A stretch of DNA of 64,000 bases from Takakia lepidozioides (taxonomy: Eukaryota; Plantae; Bryophyta): contig CM060733.1 of NCBI GenBank assembly GCA_030704615.1, positions 74,710,001 to 74,774,000 of the forward strand, read 5' to 3'. How positions within the stretch are numbered: the first letter of the stretch is position 1; each line of letters starts with the position of its first letter. The position numbers and the translations under genes were made by a program. The notes under the pieces were generated by a model. The model saw nothing but the letters and a program-made list of their open reading frames with translations. It was not told where the DNA came from and made no database searches. Positions 1 through 12,754 of this stretch are shown here, piece after piece.

Positions 1-526
1 AGAGAGGGAAACGGTTAGAACCGCGGATAGGAGGATAAAGGGAAGAACGGGGAATAGGAAGATGATTATTCGGGGAGGAATTCGGAGACAGGCGGGAGCG
101 GAGATCGGAGAGCACGATGAAGGAGAAAAGAGGATTAGTAGAAGCTTGTCATATGCAAAGCTAGAGTGATATTGTAGAGTAGATTAGAGACATAATGGAT
201 TCGGCCTGATACCTGATAAATCATAATCTGATACTTATACAATACAATCACACTGTGTAGAGAGATCTGAGTGAAGCTGTGGATTGAATGGAGGAGTTAA
301 GGAAACCGATAAATTGATGAAGCAAACTGATACTTAATTATCAATGGTAAGGTAGCAAAGATGAATGCGGAAAAGGAAACAAATAGGAAACACCCCCATG
401 ATACACTAGCTGTAGGTCATGACTGATTGTTCTGCGCGGGCTGAGTACTTAGAGATTTCCAACTCTTCTATCTTGGAGTTTCCGCCTCGGATAGCGAAGG
501 GATGGGTGAGTAAAAGCCGCGCGACA
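1..526 (+). mobile_element. 3' portion of a family-B Gypsy LTR (3' LTR or solo LTR)
   Basis: Colinear with ~34200-34666 (e.g. gactgattgttctg...gtaaaagccgc.cgaca); ends in CA at 525-526 where similarity stops. Confidence 0.75.
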
Positions 527-893
527 GCTATCAGCCTGGTGAAGGCTTGCACTTTCAGGTGTGGGAGTGCAAGAAAAGAAGGAAGGGGCTGGGTTCCCTG
601 TAGGGCATGTGGAGCATGCTTTCAGCCTGCTGAAGCTTGTATTTTCAGGTTTGTGGGTGCAAGAAATGAAGTAAATGAGCTGATTCTCTTATGGTGAGAG
701 TGGGGCATGTGTGGAGCATGCCTTCAGCCCATTGAGGCTCTTGTTTTCAAGCCTTAGAGAGCTAGAACGGAAGGTCTAGGGCTGGTTTCCACTTGGAGTG
801 AAAGAAAAGCACTTGTAGGGCCTATGTGAGCCCCATGTCAAGAAGAATTGCCCAGAGGGAGGCAAAGGGCCGGCACATGCACAGCCTGCACAG

Positions 894-2200
894 TTGCAGT
901 GTGGGCATTGTGGCAAGCACGGGCATGGAGAGGCCCAGTGTTATGGTTTGCATCCTGAGTTGCGCCCAGGCCAGTTCCAAGGGAACAATGGTGGCCGGGG
1001 GCGAGGTGGAGCAGCCCAGAGAGGACGAGGTGGCCAGCCACGAGGTGCAGGCCAAGGGCAAGCTCAACATGGCCAAGGACGCGGAGGTCAGGGGGTTGAC
1101 CAAGGCATGGCCAATCGGCTTCAGCAACTAGAGCAGAGGCTCGCTGCCATGGCTACAGCTCAGGTGGTACCGGCTCTAAGGCCGGATGGTCCACCTCCTG
1201 CTCTTGAGGGAGGAGATATGGGAGGCATGGGATTCATGTGTGGAGCAGCACTACCACTAGTGCAGGTGGAGTCTGCTGCAGCCGTGACTCGAGGAGCAGC
1301 ACGAGTTCCTGAGCCACGAGGTGCAGAGGTGGAGTTGGATCCACAGCGTGGGGAGGCAAGCCGTCAGGCTAGGCTTCCTCAGTCATTCACATTGGCGGAG
1401 ACAGTGTCGACGCCATCCATGGCACCTAGTTCTCGCCCGACTGTTACCGAGGCGGAGGTTACTATGCCATTGGGGAGAGCTACACGGGTAGCACCACTAC
1501 CTAGTGTTGCCAAGGCTACGGCAGCTAGTGTGCTGCTAGGAGCGGCCACATCTGTGTGCCAGGCTCCATTGTTCTCGGCTACCATGATTGCGATGCCGGG
1601 GGTAAGACCAGCTGAGGTGTTCAGGCTGACAGCTACACTCTGTGAGAGTGGGGAGGTTACTTCATCTTCTGCGGAGATAGTGGGAGGTGTAGTGCCGGAG
1701 GGATCCTTGGATTTGAGGGTCAAGACTGCCACGGCGGCGCCATGGCAAGCTGCAGCTGCCAAGTTGATGGAGCTGCCAGCTAGGCCAGCCATTGAGCGCG
1801 CCATGGTGACACTTGGAGTTGTTATGTTAGACAACCAGGATGACATTTTCTGTTTGAGTGGACCGGCAAGCAAGAGGTACCGGCCACTGCGGGTCTTGTT
1901 GGACTCGGGATATTGCAGGCTAGGGCCTCACGGAGGCGGATATGGAGCCTTGTCCTTTCCAGATACAGACGTCTCTGGGAGGATCGGAGCAGGCTCGGGG
2001 CATGACACGGTGTGAGTAGGCTATCAGACTACGGCCAGATCACCCTACAGATGGCTCAGTGATGCGAGCCAAGGCCATTGTGACAGACGCGGTCTCATAC
2101 GATGTCCTGGTTGGTGGGGCAGTGTTGTGCCCCATGGGCTTCACCCTGGATTTTTGGGAGGAGTCAGCTTCCTATAGGCCTGCATGGCAGCCAGGGGAGG
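894..2200 (+). pseudogene. gag C-terminus (zinc knuckle, RGG-rich) and aspartic protease, family A
   Basis: CX2CX4HX4C at 900-941; VLLDSG near 1893-1910; YDVLVG flap near 2098-2115 in another frame (frameshift/deletion between). Confidence 0.8.
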
Positions 2201-2579
2201 GCCGGCGTGTGCAGCTCCCTGTGATGTTCATAGGAGGAGTTGCGGTTGCCCAGCGAGGCAAGATGCCGACACTAGCAGCATTCACAGCGGCAGTGAGTTG
2301 GCCTAGAGAGTTGCTTGAGAGCAACGCTCATTCAGAGGATGTGCCACCTCCGGGAGAGCAGGATGACATGTATGGTATGGCGGAGTTGCCTACCATGGTT
2401 GCTCAGACTCCATTGTGGGGCACGAGCAAGGATTTGCAGCGGGATGCTGATCGACGGGTGCAACAAGCCTGGGTGGAGGCTTTTGTACCGTCAGGAGAGG
2501 AGGAGAGTGCGGGGATTGCACCAGGACCACCTCAATTGTCTCCATTGGACACCACACCTATTGTGTGGCAGTATCCGGA

Positions 2580-3530
2580 TGAAGGCATTTGTCTTCTGGA
2601 CTTGTTTGGCGGGATCAGCATCGGATTGGCTGCTGTGTTACAGGCAGGTGTACGAGTTCGGCGTTACCTGTATGTGGAGAGGGATGAGACTGCAGGACGC
2701 ATTTCACTTCGCCATGTTGCTCAGTTGGTGCAGCGGTACCCTGAGTTGTTGTCGGTGTCTGCAATTTGTGGATATCAGCAGGCCTTGCCAGCAGACATTT
2801 CGTTGCTGGGGGTGCAGGATTTGGAGCGGGTTGGCTCCATTGATATGGTAGTGGCAGGTTGGCCCTGCCAATGGCATTCATCAGCCGGGCATGGCAATGG
2901 ATTGCGAGACTCGAGGTCGGGTCTGTTTTGGGAGATGGTGCGGGTTTTGCGCCACTTGCAGCTTCATCAAGTTGTATCTCCAGCATACATCTTGGAGAAT
3001 GTGCCACTGATGGGCGATTCTCGGGCCAAGGTGATGGCCAGTGTGCATCAAGTCCGGTCATGGCTTGGGTCAGCAGTGTTGCTAGATGCAGCTACAGTGG
3101 GGTACGGGCTCATCGTCCACGGCTATGGTGGACTTACTTGATGCCACTCGCACTGCTCAAGCGTGCATTTGATGGGGTGCAACGGCCAGCACATCTCACA
3201 GTGGATAGCATTTTGGACACAGGGAGGCAGTCTCAGCGTGTGAGACACGAAGACCATTTGCCTTTGGCAGTGGTCAACAAGGTGGGTCAACCACGAGCAG
3301 CATTACCTACACTGCTCAGCTTCCCAGGATTGCATGCTTTCCAGGATAGTGGACCTGGCCTCCTGTGGGATGCTCAGTTGCAGCAGTTAGTGGAGCCTAA
3401 TGTTGACGAGCGTGAGCGGGCAATGGGTTTTACCACTAGTACCACGACGGTGTCGTCTCTTTCTGAGGCATCACGTCGTCAAGTGTTGGGGCAAGCAATG
3501 GATCTCAATTGCTTGACCTGGATTATCAGT
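2580..3530 (+). pseudogene. C5-cytosine DNA methyltransferase domain within Gypsy pol
   Basis: Ordered motifs: I LLDLFGGISIG (~2593), II YLYVE, IV VAGWPCQ (~2851), VI ILENV (~2989), VIII HRPRLWW (~3111, after a frameshift near 3100), IX ERERAMGF (~3408), X RRQVLGQAM (~3474). Confidence 0.88.
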
Positions 3531-3971
3531 TTGGCTCTGGCTGAGCAACGCAGAGTGCGGAGTACACTTCCCTCGATGGTCTCTCTGCCTACCGAGACGG
3601 TACATGAAGTGAGTGGGGGCGAGCATGTGAGGACCACGGGGTGCATGCATCCATGGCACACGTGGGAGGTGCTCGAGGTTCAGAGGGAGTTGGCAGCCAA
3701 GGCGGCTGTGATGGATGAGGTTGGGGATTCTTCCCGGGTTGAGGAGGTCCTCAAGGATGAGATGATGGGGCAGGATGAGGCCTTGTCATTGACTGAGCAG
3801 GCAAGGAGTACTACTCAAGAGGTTGCAACATAGCAACCACTGGACGCGTCCTCTACCTCTAAACCCACTGGACTTAAGGTTGCAGTTACGGAGGACAATT
3901 GGGAGCCTGACATTGGACCCATTGTCACCGGAGGAGAGAGACGACGTATACAGCGGTTCCTGAGGGCTTAC

Positions 3972-5340
3972 ATGAATTGCTTTGCCTTCAGTTTGAAGGA
4001 CTTGGGAGCACTGAAGGGTCAAGAGATCCGTATTGAGTTGGCCACTGACACGCCAATCTTTCGGAGACCCTATAGATACAGTGACATGGAGAGGTCTTTG
4101 ATTCAGATGAGGACTCAAGATCTCTGGGAGGTAGGTTTGGTGGAGCTCTCTGGTGGAGAGTATGCTTCAGCCACAGTGATGCCAGCCAAGAAGGATGTCT
4201 ATGGCAATTGGACGGAGAGACGTATGTGCGGTGATTACCGGCCTGTAAATCGTCAGACCAAGTCCGATAAGTATGCCATGCCGACACCAGAGGAGATCTT
4301 TGATGCCATCGGGCATGCTAAGGCCTTTAGCACTTTGGATTTACGATCCGGATATCACCAGTTGCCAATCAAGGAGGCGGACAAGCAGAAGACGACATTC
4401 TGGGGGATCAATGAGCACGGCAAGGATTGCCTATATCAGTGGCGGTTCTTACCATTTGGGCTTAAGAATGCTCCTGCAGAGTTTCAGAGAGTCATGGATA
4501 GGATTATAGCAGGGGTGGACTTTGCTCGGTGCTACATAGATGACATCATCATCTTTAATGTTACGATGGAGGAGCATGAGAGACACCTTCAGGTGGTATT
4601 GGAGCGCTTGAGAGCGCACGGATTGAAGTTGCATCCGGGGAAGTGCAAGTTTTTCCACAACCAGATTCAGTATCTGGGTCACATGATATATCCTGGAGGA
4701 TTGGGGGTACAACAGACTAAGATAGAGGCCATTGCACAAATTCCACGCCCCACAGATGTGAGCCGAGTTTGAGCTTTCATGGGGTTGACAAACTATTATA
4801 GACGGTTTGTCAAGGGATTTAGTACCATTGCAACGGCTCTAACCAAGCTGACCAAGGTGGACCAGGAGTGGCAGTGACAAGATAAGCAGGAACGGGCTTT
4901 TCAAGAGCTCAAGGTGAGGTTGACCTCGGCGCCTATCCTGAGACGACCTATCAGGGGGCGTCCCTTTCAGCTGCATACGGATTGGAGCATGCTGGGGCTT
5001 GGAGCCGTGCTCACACAGGTGGATGATGAGGGAAGAGAGTTCGTAGTGGCTTATGCTAGCCGCTCGAACAACGCTGCAGAGGCTAAGTACAGCTCATATG
5101 AGGGAGAGTGCTTAGCTGCAGTGTGGGCCGTGGCACACTTCAGGTGCTATCTATACGACAATCTTTTCACCCTTGTCACGGATCACCAACCACTCAAGTG
5201 GTTGATGGAGTCAGACAAGCTTACGGGGAAGCTTGCACGGTGGGCACTCATACTCCAGAAGTATGACTTTCAGGTTGTGCATCGACCGGGTTTGGTCAAT
5301 CGGGATGCGGATGGATTGAGTCGTAATCCATGCACGAGCC
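3972..5340 (+). pseudogene. Reverse transcriptase and RNase H, family A
   Basis: ORFs 3972-4772 and 4914-5714 in one frame, separated by premature TGA stops; canonical RT and RH motifs. Confidence 0.92.
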
Positions 5341-5700
5341 AACATGATGACACTGGAGTTCAGTGGCATGGTGAGACGGACGAGGAGATGGTGTCGGGAT
5401 GGCACGCATCTGCATTTTTGTGTATCTTGGCATCGGGAGGTCAGGTTGGACCTACTACAGGGATGACTGTAGACGGAGTGTCTGAGGACCCTGAGGCTAG
5501 TGATGAGCCAGGTGGTGCCAGAGATATACATGAGGATTCGGCTGTGTTGGACTACCTCCGCACGGGAGACACGGCAGCCACTGTTACTGCCAGGGAGAGG
5601 GATCGGATCCTGCAACGAGCCAAGAGGTTCAAGTGGGAGGGGATAGACCTACTTCGAGTGTGGGAGGATGGTCGGGTGAGGATTGTGCCTCACCCCACTC

Positions 5701-7040
5701 AGTTTTGCTCTTAGCAAAGCTGACTTGGGTTATTGCAGTGAGGTGGAACATACAATTGATACACAAGGTTTTCCCCCTTGCAGAAGTCGTCCCAGCCGCC
5801 TATTAGAGTGGGAGGAAAACGAGGTACAAAGACAGATTGAGACTTTGATCTCACAAGGTAAGATGCAGGAAAGTAGTTCAGAATGGTCATGTCCAGTCAC
5901 CCTTCCACCAAAAAAGGATGGATCCAAGCGTTTTTGTGGTGATTTCAGGCCGGTGAACCGCTTGACTAGGAGGGACTCTTACCCTATGCCATTAATTCAG
6001 GATGTTTTGAACCAGTTGGGGAAAGCCAAGTGGTTCTCTGCTCTGGATTTACAATCTGGTTTTTGGCAGATTAAGATGGACGACCGAGATATAAGCAAAA
6101 CAGCAGTAATCACCAAGAAGGGATTGTATGAATGGCTGGTCATGCCATTTGGGCTAAAAAATGCCACTGCTACTTTCCAAAGAACAATGAATAGGGTGCT
6201 TAAGGAAGAAATTAAAGATTGCGCCAAGGTCTTTGTAGATGACGTCAATATCCATAGCAAGGACTGGGCAGATCACGTGGGGCACATAAAGAGAGTACTG
6301 ATGAAGGTTAGAAGGGCCAATCTTAGGCTCAATCCGGACAAGTGTTATTTTGCCAATTTGCAGTTGGTATTCCTTGGGCATGTGATCTCTGAAGAAGGAA
6401 CCTGGCCTGATCCAGATAAGATAGCTGCAATTGAAAGGTTTCCCTTGCCCAAAATTCACACTGCTCTCAAAAGTTATTTGGGGATGACAGGGTATTATAG
6501 GCCCTATGTCAAGGGGTATGCTGGAGTGGCAGTACCTTTGTTCACTCTAACCAAGAAGGATGTGAAGTTTATCTGGAGTGCAGAGGCACAAAACGCCTTT
6601 TCTGCCCTACAAGTGAAGCTGGTGACTGCTCCCATTCTGGCCAGGCCAGATTTTTCAAGGCCTTTCGTCCTGGATGTTGACTGGTCCATCAAAGGAGTGG
6701 GGGCAGTCTTGTCACAAAAGGAGTATAAAAAGGAGAGGGTCATTGCATACGCTAGTAAGGTACTATCTGATGCTCAGCGAAAATATCACCCTATGGAAGG
6801 TGAATGCTATGCCTTGGTGTGGGGAGTATTACACTTTAGGCAGTACCTGTATGGAACCCCTTTTGTAATCAGGACTGATCACAAACCACTGGAGTGGTTG
6901 GCAACGGTAAATGACTCATATGGACGCAGGGGTAGATGGATCATGATGTTACAAGATTTTGAGTTTAAAATTGTTCATAGGGCGGGTGTTAGGCATGCTA
7001 ATGTAGATGCGCTAAGCAGGTATCCAGTGGGACCAGCTGA
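5701..7040 (+). CDS. RT and RNase H, family C (open frame)
   Basis: LDLQSGFWQ, MPFGLKNA, FVDD, LDVDWS, EGECYA, TDHKPL, ANVDALSR. Confidence 0.9.
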
Positions 7041-8059
7041 GGAAACCGAGGAAATCGAGGTATACTCTACTTCTCTATACAGTCAGAAAAGGGAAGGGAG
7101 AAAGAGGGATGGAGCCTATCTTCTTAGACTAGAGTGGGATAGGGGTGCCATCAATGCTTCTCTATTTCAATTTAAAGAGGGTAAGAAGGAGTTGAGAGAA
7201 GAAGCTCATAGGCAAGTAGGGTATAGCAGTGAAAAGGGGGAGATGATTTGCAAGAGAGAGGAGTACTATGCATGTGTATGGGGTCTTTGGTATTTCAAGA
7301 AGACACTGTTGGGATGTCATTTTTCTTTAGAAACAGATCTGGATCCATATTGGTGGCTATACTCAGAACACCACATAGGCATAGACTTGCTTGGTGACTT
7401 TTCATTTGAGTTCGTTCCTGGAATAGATAGATCTTCCACAGGTGGGATGTTGACCAAGGCTCATGGTATATTGAAAGGAGAACTAAAACCAGGTGTAATG
7501 CCAGATAGGGAAGGAAAGAAGGTGACTTTTGCTGCACGGACTTTTGCCACCAAGACCCAAGGAGAGGGCATTGATCAATCAACCCCTGTCAATCTGGTAA
7601 GGGAAGGTATTTGGAAAGATGTGGGTGCAGGAAGGAAGGAGGTTCCTGCAATCAGCAACAAAGAAGGGGCAGATCTGATGTCCTCTTGTCCCACCATCCA
7701 TGTGATTACCCGAGGATCTCATGCTCGTGATCAGGAGCTAAGCAAGGTACAGCCAGCCTGTGAACTTGTGGAAGAACGATCAAACAATGAAAAGGGAAGC
7801 TCACTAGAAACACCATTCCTTCAACACTCTATATACACAGAGACAACAGGAAGAATTTGGGTGACCTCCTCATCAGAATGCCCAGCTGAAGGACACATGG
7901 GGGGTGAGTGTTCCACCAAGACATTTTATTCTTCAAACAGTAATGGATCACGTTGTTCAGGGCAAGAAACTTCTTCTTGCAACAAGGATGTTAAAGGGGA
8001 CTGGGTGCCATGGAGCACACCCACCAAAGCTACTCAGATGTCACTATTACGTGCAGCAT

Positions 8060-8670
8060 TCCAGTTGTGGATCTGTTTTTCAGAGTTGCAACATTTTTCC
8101 GCAGCTTAGCCTTTATCTCTGATAGGAGCTGGATTTTCTGCTGCATCATCAGTGTGACCTCTACAACAGATCCCTCAAAATTTACTGCTGCTGTAAGAAA
8201 GTGCAACCTGTTATCGATCCCCAAGTCTTGGAATCCTACCAGTCAGCACTTGAAAAGGTGAGAATCATGTTGAAGCATGAACACCCATTCTGTAACCAAA
8301 CAAGGCTTTGTATAGGTTATGATCCCACTCAGTGTCGTTTCCAACTCCCAAGGTGGTGATGCTCTGCTTGAGGGACTTAATCACCCTTTCCACCATTCCG
8401 TTACACTGAGGCCAGTAGGGAGCGCTATGCTCTCTTTTTATACCATATTCGAGGCATGCATCTTCAAACTCACCTCCCCACTCCGTGCCATTGTCAGTGA
8501 GCAATGTGTGGGGGCAGCTATACCTATTAATGACTTCTTCCACTAGAAAGCGGGCAGTAAGTGCTGTTGTATGATCTGCCACTGGTGTAGCCTCTATCCA
8601 TTTTGAGAAGTGATCTATTGCAACCAGAAAGTATTGATTGCCCCTGCTGGTTATGGGTAATGGCCCTGCT
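8060..8670 (-). pseudogene. Integrase catalytic core of family C, inverted in place
   Basis: Minus strand reads AGPLP..LVAIDHFSKW..LTDNGTE..NGMVER; the integrase C-terminus (GPY/F-like) resumes on the plus strand at ~8671. Confidence 0.85.
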
Positions 8671-8990
8671 GATTATGAAAGGAGACATCAAGCAGGGCGC
8701 AACTACTGCAAGTTGATAGAGAACAGCAAGGTGATGATGTTGAGGCCTGGAAAGAGGTCTTCCATGACATCTCCATGGGAGGGACCCTATGACTTTTTGG
8801 GGTACAAAGATGCGGGAAACACCACAAGGACAGGGGAAGCTGCACGCAGATGCAGGCTAAGAGATGGGGCAAACAAGGAATGGGTAAGAAGTAGGCGGGA
8901 TTTGAAACCATTCATACCACCAGTGGGTGGTCAGCCAGTGAAGGTGGTCAGTGAGGACCCTGACACTTAAAAAGGGAGACACACTACATA

Positions 8991-9361
8991 TGTAGTGTGA
9001 ATGCAGGGGAGTGACATTACATTTTGTCTTACCGTTAAGACCCTGCATCACTACAACGGGAGTGCCCGTTGTACAACTGCAGGAGGGATATATCCCTGCA
9101 TACAGGTAATTTCATGGGCATACTGTGCTTATGCTTTGCCAGGATAAAAATGGCTAAGTCATGACCATGCGTATTTTCATCCGTAGGATGAACGTTTTCA
9201 TCCGTAGGATGCACGTTTTCATCCCAGGTGTTTAACCTAGAAACGCGGGTTGAGGAAAACGAAGAGCATATCTACCATGCAATGCAATGCACAACTCAGC
9301 CAGGCATCCAGTGCACCCAGCCTTGAAATCATCCTCGGTCACACAAGGCATAACCATCCCA

Positions 9362-9423
<62 letters not shown>

Positions 9424-11177
9424 AATGACCAGCCCTTCACACTACCTTTTTCCAAAAGAAGCCATTGCCCAAACAGCTCTCAGCCTTTCTATAGGTTTCA
9501 ACCAAATACCCCAACAACCCTCTTTTCCCTTCAACTATGAACCTCAGTTGTTCATACCCTGAGACCATGCTGGAAACTAGTTCCAAAAGAAAAACAAATC
9601 AGTGTCGGTGTTGCCTCCCCTTCCACATTATCCTTTCTCTGTTTTCAACAGTTCTAACTAACCCTCACTGGTGTTTTCAATCAGCCAAGCTAGGCCTACA
9701 TTGGTTCCAGTGTATCAATACCCAGGGCAGCATTGTGTGCAGGTTCATAACACTGAAACAAAGAACAAGAATGAAGATAAACAGTGACCATTCTGATTCA
9801 GTGACAAGCAGTCTCTCCACCACTCATTTCTCCTACTGACACTATAACATCAGGTGCATCCATCCTTTCCCTATCCTGGTTTGAAGCTTCAGAGTCTCCA
9901 TTCCATTTCCAAAACCTTTCCTCCATCACATATGTCTACCTCCTTCTCCTCTACATAGAGCCAGTCCTAAATCCACACCAAAATGATTTCTAAGTCACCA
10001 CTCCCCCAAAACCGAAGCCCACAGTCTACGAACTTATCTGTTTTATCCTCCAGCGAAGCGGTGGATCTGCCTGCCAAGATGGCACCTCACCATCGCCTGT
10101 CAGCAGCCACTTCAACCTATTCTCCTTATCTTGATTCCAGTATTTATCATGCCATGATGGCTCCTCTTCATCCTATGGAACATCCTGTGGCTTGCCAACT
10201 AAATACTCTATCCTTCTATGCGTGCAATTCTTCCCTAAGAATTGATATGGTCCTATAGTAAGATGACACAAAAGCAGCTATAAGCTTTGATTACAGATAA
10301 CCTGAGTTGCCATCCAGCCAGCACTTCACATGCCTCATCCCCTCCATTGATTGTGCCCACAACTCACTTCCTTGTGCTTCCGGCAGCTGGCCGTTTTCCT
10401 TGCTTGCTCATTTGCCCATAACTGTTTTCTTCAAGGCAATGGCGACAGCGGTGGTGCACCGCTCTTCTTACATGCTCCTACTCCAGGAATTGATCATCAC
10501 TACGAGAGAAGCGGCACCGCTTTCCCTTACACAGAATACCAAGCAGAAGCACTTAATGCCGCCCTCAAAACCAAGCAGAGTCCCATGGCGTAGGTACAAC
10601 CTCCCACAAACAGACGGCCCTGACAACCCCACTGCTCGCAGCAGCTGCTAAGAGTTGCTCGTCAGTAAAAGGGGTTGATGGGGGATGGCCAATTTGGGGA
10701 AATAAGATGAAGAAAACATGAACCCTGAAAGAGACCAGTGGCCCTGTAGTTCATGGCAGATCTGAGCTGCCTCCCTCTAAATATGTGTCACCATTACAAA
10801 AGGGGGCTTTCGACGTGTCATTGCTCAAGGGAGCTTCACATTAAGGGTCGTGTTCAGCGCTGTCATAGGGCTGGTTGCATCACAGAAAAGATCATGGCAG
10901 CACTGTTGGCGCTGTGATCATAGGGCAAGGATGTTGTATAAAAATAGAACCAAGACCAAGAACAATTCAAAACTCCCCATCCATGTCTTCTCTTCCGCTG
11001 CGGCGTGGATGAGGATTGCATGAACTCTGATCACGAACGAACTAAGGGAAATCCACAGCCATGTGAAGATGGTTGGATCACTAGAACGTTCCTTCCTTTT
11101 GCTTTGCCTTCAACTGAGGAGGAGTACAGATTAGAATCACCCAGAAGGGGATTCACGCCCCTTCTTTTCACACTACA
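8991..11177 (+). repeat. 3' LTR of family C (~2.19 kb)
   Basis: Starts TGTAGTGTGAA and ends TTCACACTACA (perfect 11-bp inverted termini); preceded by purine tract; family-B integrase resumes immediately after. Confidence 0.75.
9366..9420. repeat. (CT)n microsatellite
   Basis: About 27 uninterrupted CT units. Confidence 0.99.
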
Positions 11178-11774
11178 GTCATACAGGACTTCATATAAAG
11201 TCATCACTAAGTATACACCATTCCAATTAGTTTATGGTATGGAAGCTTTACTTCTCGTGGAATTCTTGTTACCTACCATGAGAACTGAATGGGGAAGTAG
11301 AATGGAATTGGAAGATTCAATTAAGGTCAGGAAACATGAATTATACCATGTGGAAGAAGTACGTGCTGATGCAGCTGATAACATGACCAGAATTCAGATG
11401 AAGAGGAAGGATCAGTTTGATGAAGGTAAATTAAAGACTTTTAAGACGGGAGATTTGGTACTGTGGTTGCAGAAGAAGGGGAAGATTAAAGGTTCTCAGC
11501 TTAAATCACCATGGACATGACCTTATGTCATACAGAAGATGTATGATAATAACACCGCCATGTTACAAACCATTAACAAAGAAATGCTGGGGAGAGTCAA
11601 TGCCAATAAGTTGAAAGGATACAGTGGTATCCATAACAAACCATTGCAGCACGATTTGCATGTTGAAACGCAAAAACAGTTACGGGCTGCGTCAGTGATA
11701 CCAACAGAGTATGGAGCACTTGTTGCTAAGCCGAGCGTGTATGACCAGGGCGGGAAGAACAGGTGTTCGCATAG

Positions 11775-11970
11775 ATATCACAGCCCATCACTGTGCCACA
11801 CAGCCTATCACAACCCATCATTGTGCCACACAACCTATCACAGACCAACACCACGTGACACAGCCTATCACAGCCCATCACAGCGTGACACAGTCTATCA
11901 CAGCCCATCACAGTGTCACACAGCCTATCATAGTTCACCACAGTTAGACACAGCCTGTCACAGCCTAACA
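11775..11970 (+). repeat. 30-bp (3x10 bp) CACAGC tandem repeat encoding HSPxxxDTAY
   Basis: cacagcctat cacagcccat cacagcgtga units. Confidence 0.9.
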
Positions 11971-12754
11971 TAGCCCATGCAGGTTACACAGTCCATTGGG
12001 TCAGTGACAGGTGGATGCGGGTTAACGTCAGAAAAGTGGCCGTCAAGTGAAGAAGAAGTTTGGAAGTCAAACTCGGAGAATATGCCACGCGGAGAGGGGA
12101 AGTCGGGGGCATGTCTAAAAACGGACACGTGGCCACTAAGGCAAAGCACACCGCACTGCATAAATTGCAAGAGTGGGTCTCATCATGCAAGAGGACAAAT
12201 CGGGCCGTCAAAATACCTACCCGGTACATCAGCTAAGACTATTTGTGGGCCCATTAATGCATTCAGAGCAAGGGTAACGGAACCCTTTCCGAGTACAGAA
12301 AAGAGGGACCTATGCCACATGTGCTGTCCTACTGGACATTCCAAGTGGGAATGTCCACGGAGGGGGTAGAATTAAGAAGCTACCTAAGTAGGCAACAGCC
12401 AATCAGGAGTGAGAAATACATGCAGGTGGTTCCCTCCAAAAAACAAGAAAAAGAAATATGAAGTGTTATGAGAGTCGGGGTGGCTCCGAATAGCCAGTGT
12501 CTCGATGGGAGGGGCAATCAAAGCACTAGCTTTGTAGCTATGGCGGATGTAACGGATTACACACTCGCTTTACTTCTCACGCAGTGGCGCAAGGACGGAC
12601 GAATTGAGAGTACATTTTCTCTCACTCGATCTTGCAAGCCCCACAGGCTTACACGCACTTACCTGTTCCATTCTGTGCCAACCATACCTTTATGCTCTGT
12701 GCCCTGCAAGCTTTCCTTCAGATGTTTCAAACAAGGCCTTTTTGTTTGTCTAGA

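Larger units (their letters stand above)
527..5700 (+). mobile_element. Ty3/Gypsy retrotransposon family A (truncated), order gag-PR-C5 DNA methyltransferase-RT-RNase H
   Basis: CCHC knuckle CGHCGKHGHGEAQC, protease VLLDSG, DNMT motifs, RT ([21 protein letters not shown]), RNase H (LHTDWS, EGECLA, TDH). LTRs and integrase not present. Confidence 0.9.
5701..11177 (+). mobile_element. Ty3/Gypsy family C, 3' part (RT-RH, rearranged integrase, PPT, 3' LTR)
   Basis: RT/RH motifs in ORF 5683-8109; integrase core on minus strand; PWEGPY motif ~8775; purine tract 8969-8979; LTR with terminal inverted repeat. Abrupt junction to family A near 5700. Confidence 0.85.

Noticed and set aside
2580-3530. 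Host MET1/CMT/DRM gene
   Set aside because: No introns, no BAH/chromo/UBA domains, unpermuted motif order, and continuity with protease and RT.
7700-8109. C-terminal part of the 808-aa ORF as real protein
   Set aside because: No pol motifs; it reads into rearranged/inverted sequence.
9250-10651. Short ORFs inside the family-C LTR
   Set aside because: They cross a CT microsatellite or have no recognisable motif.
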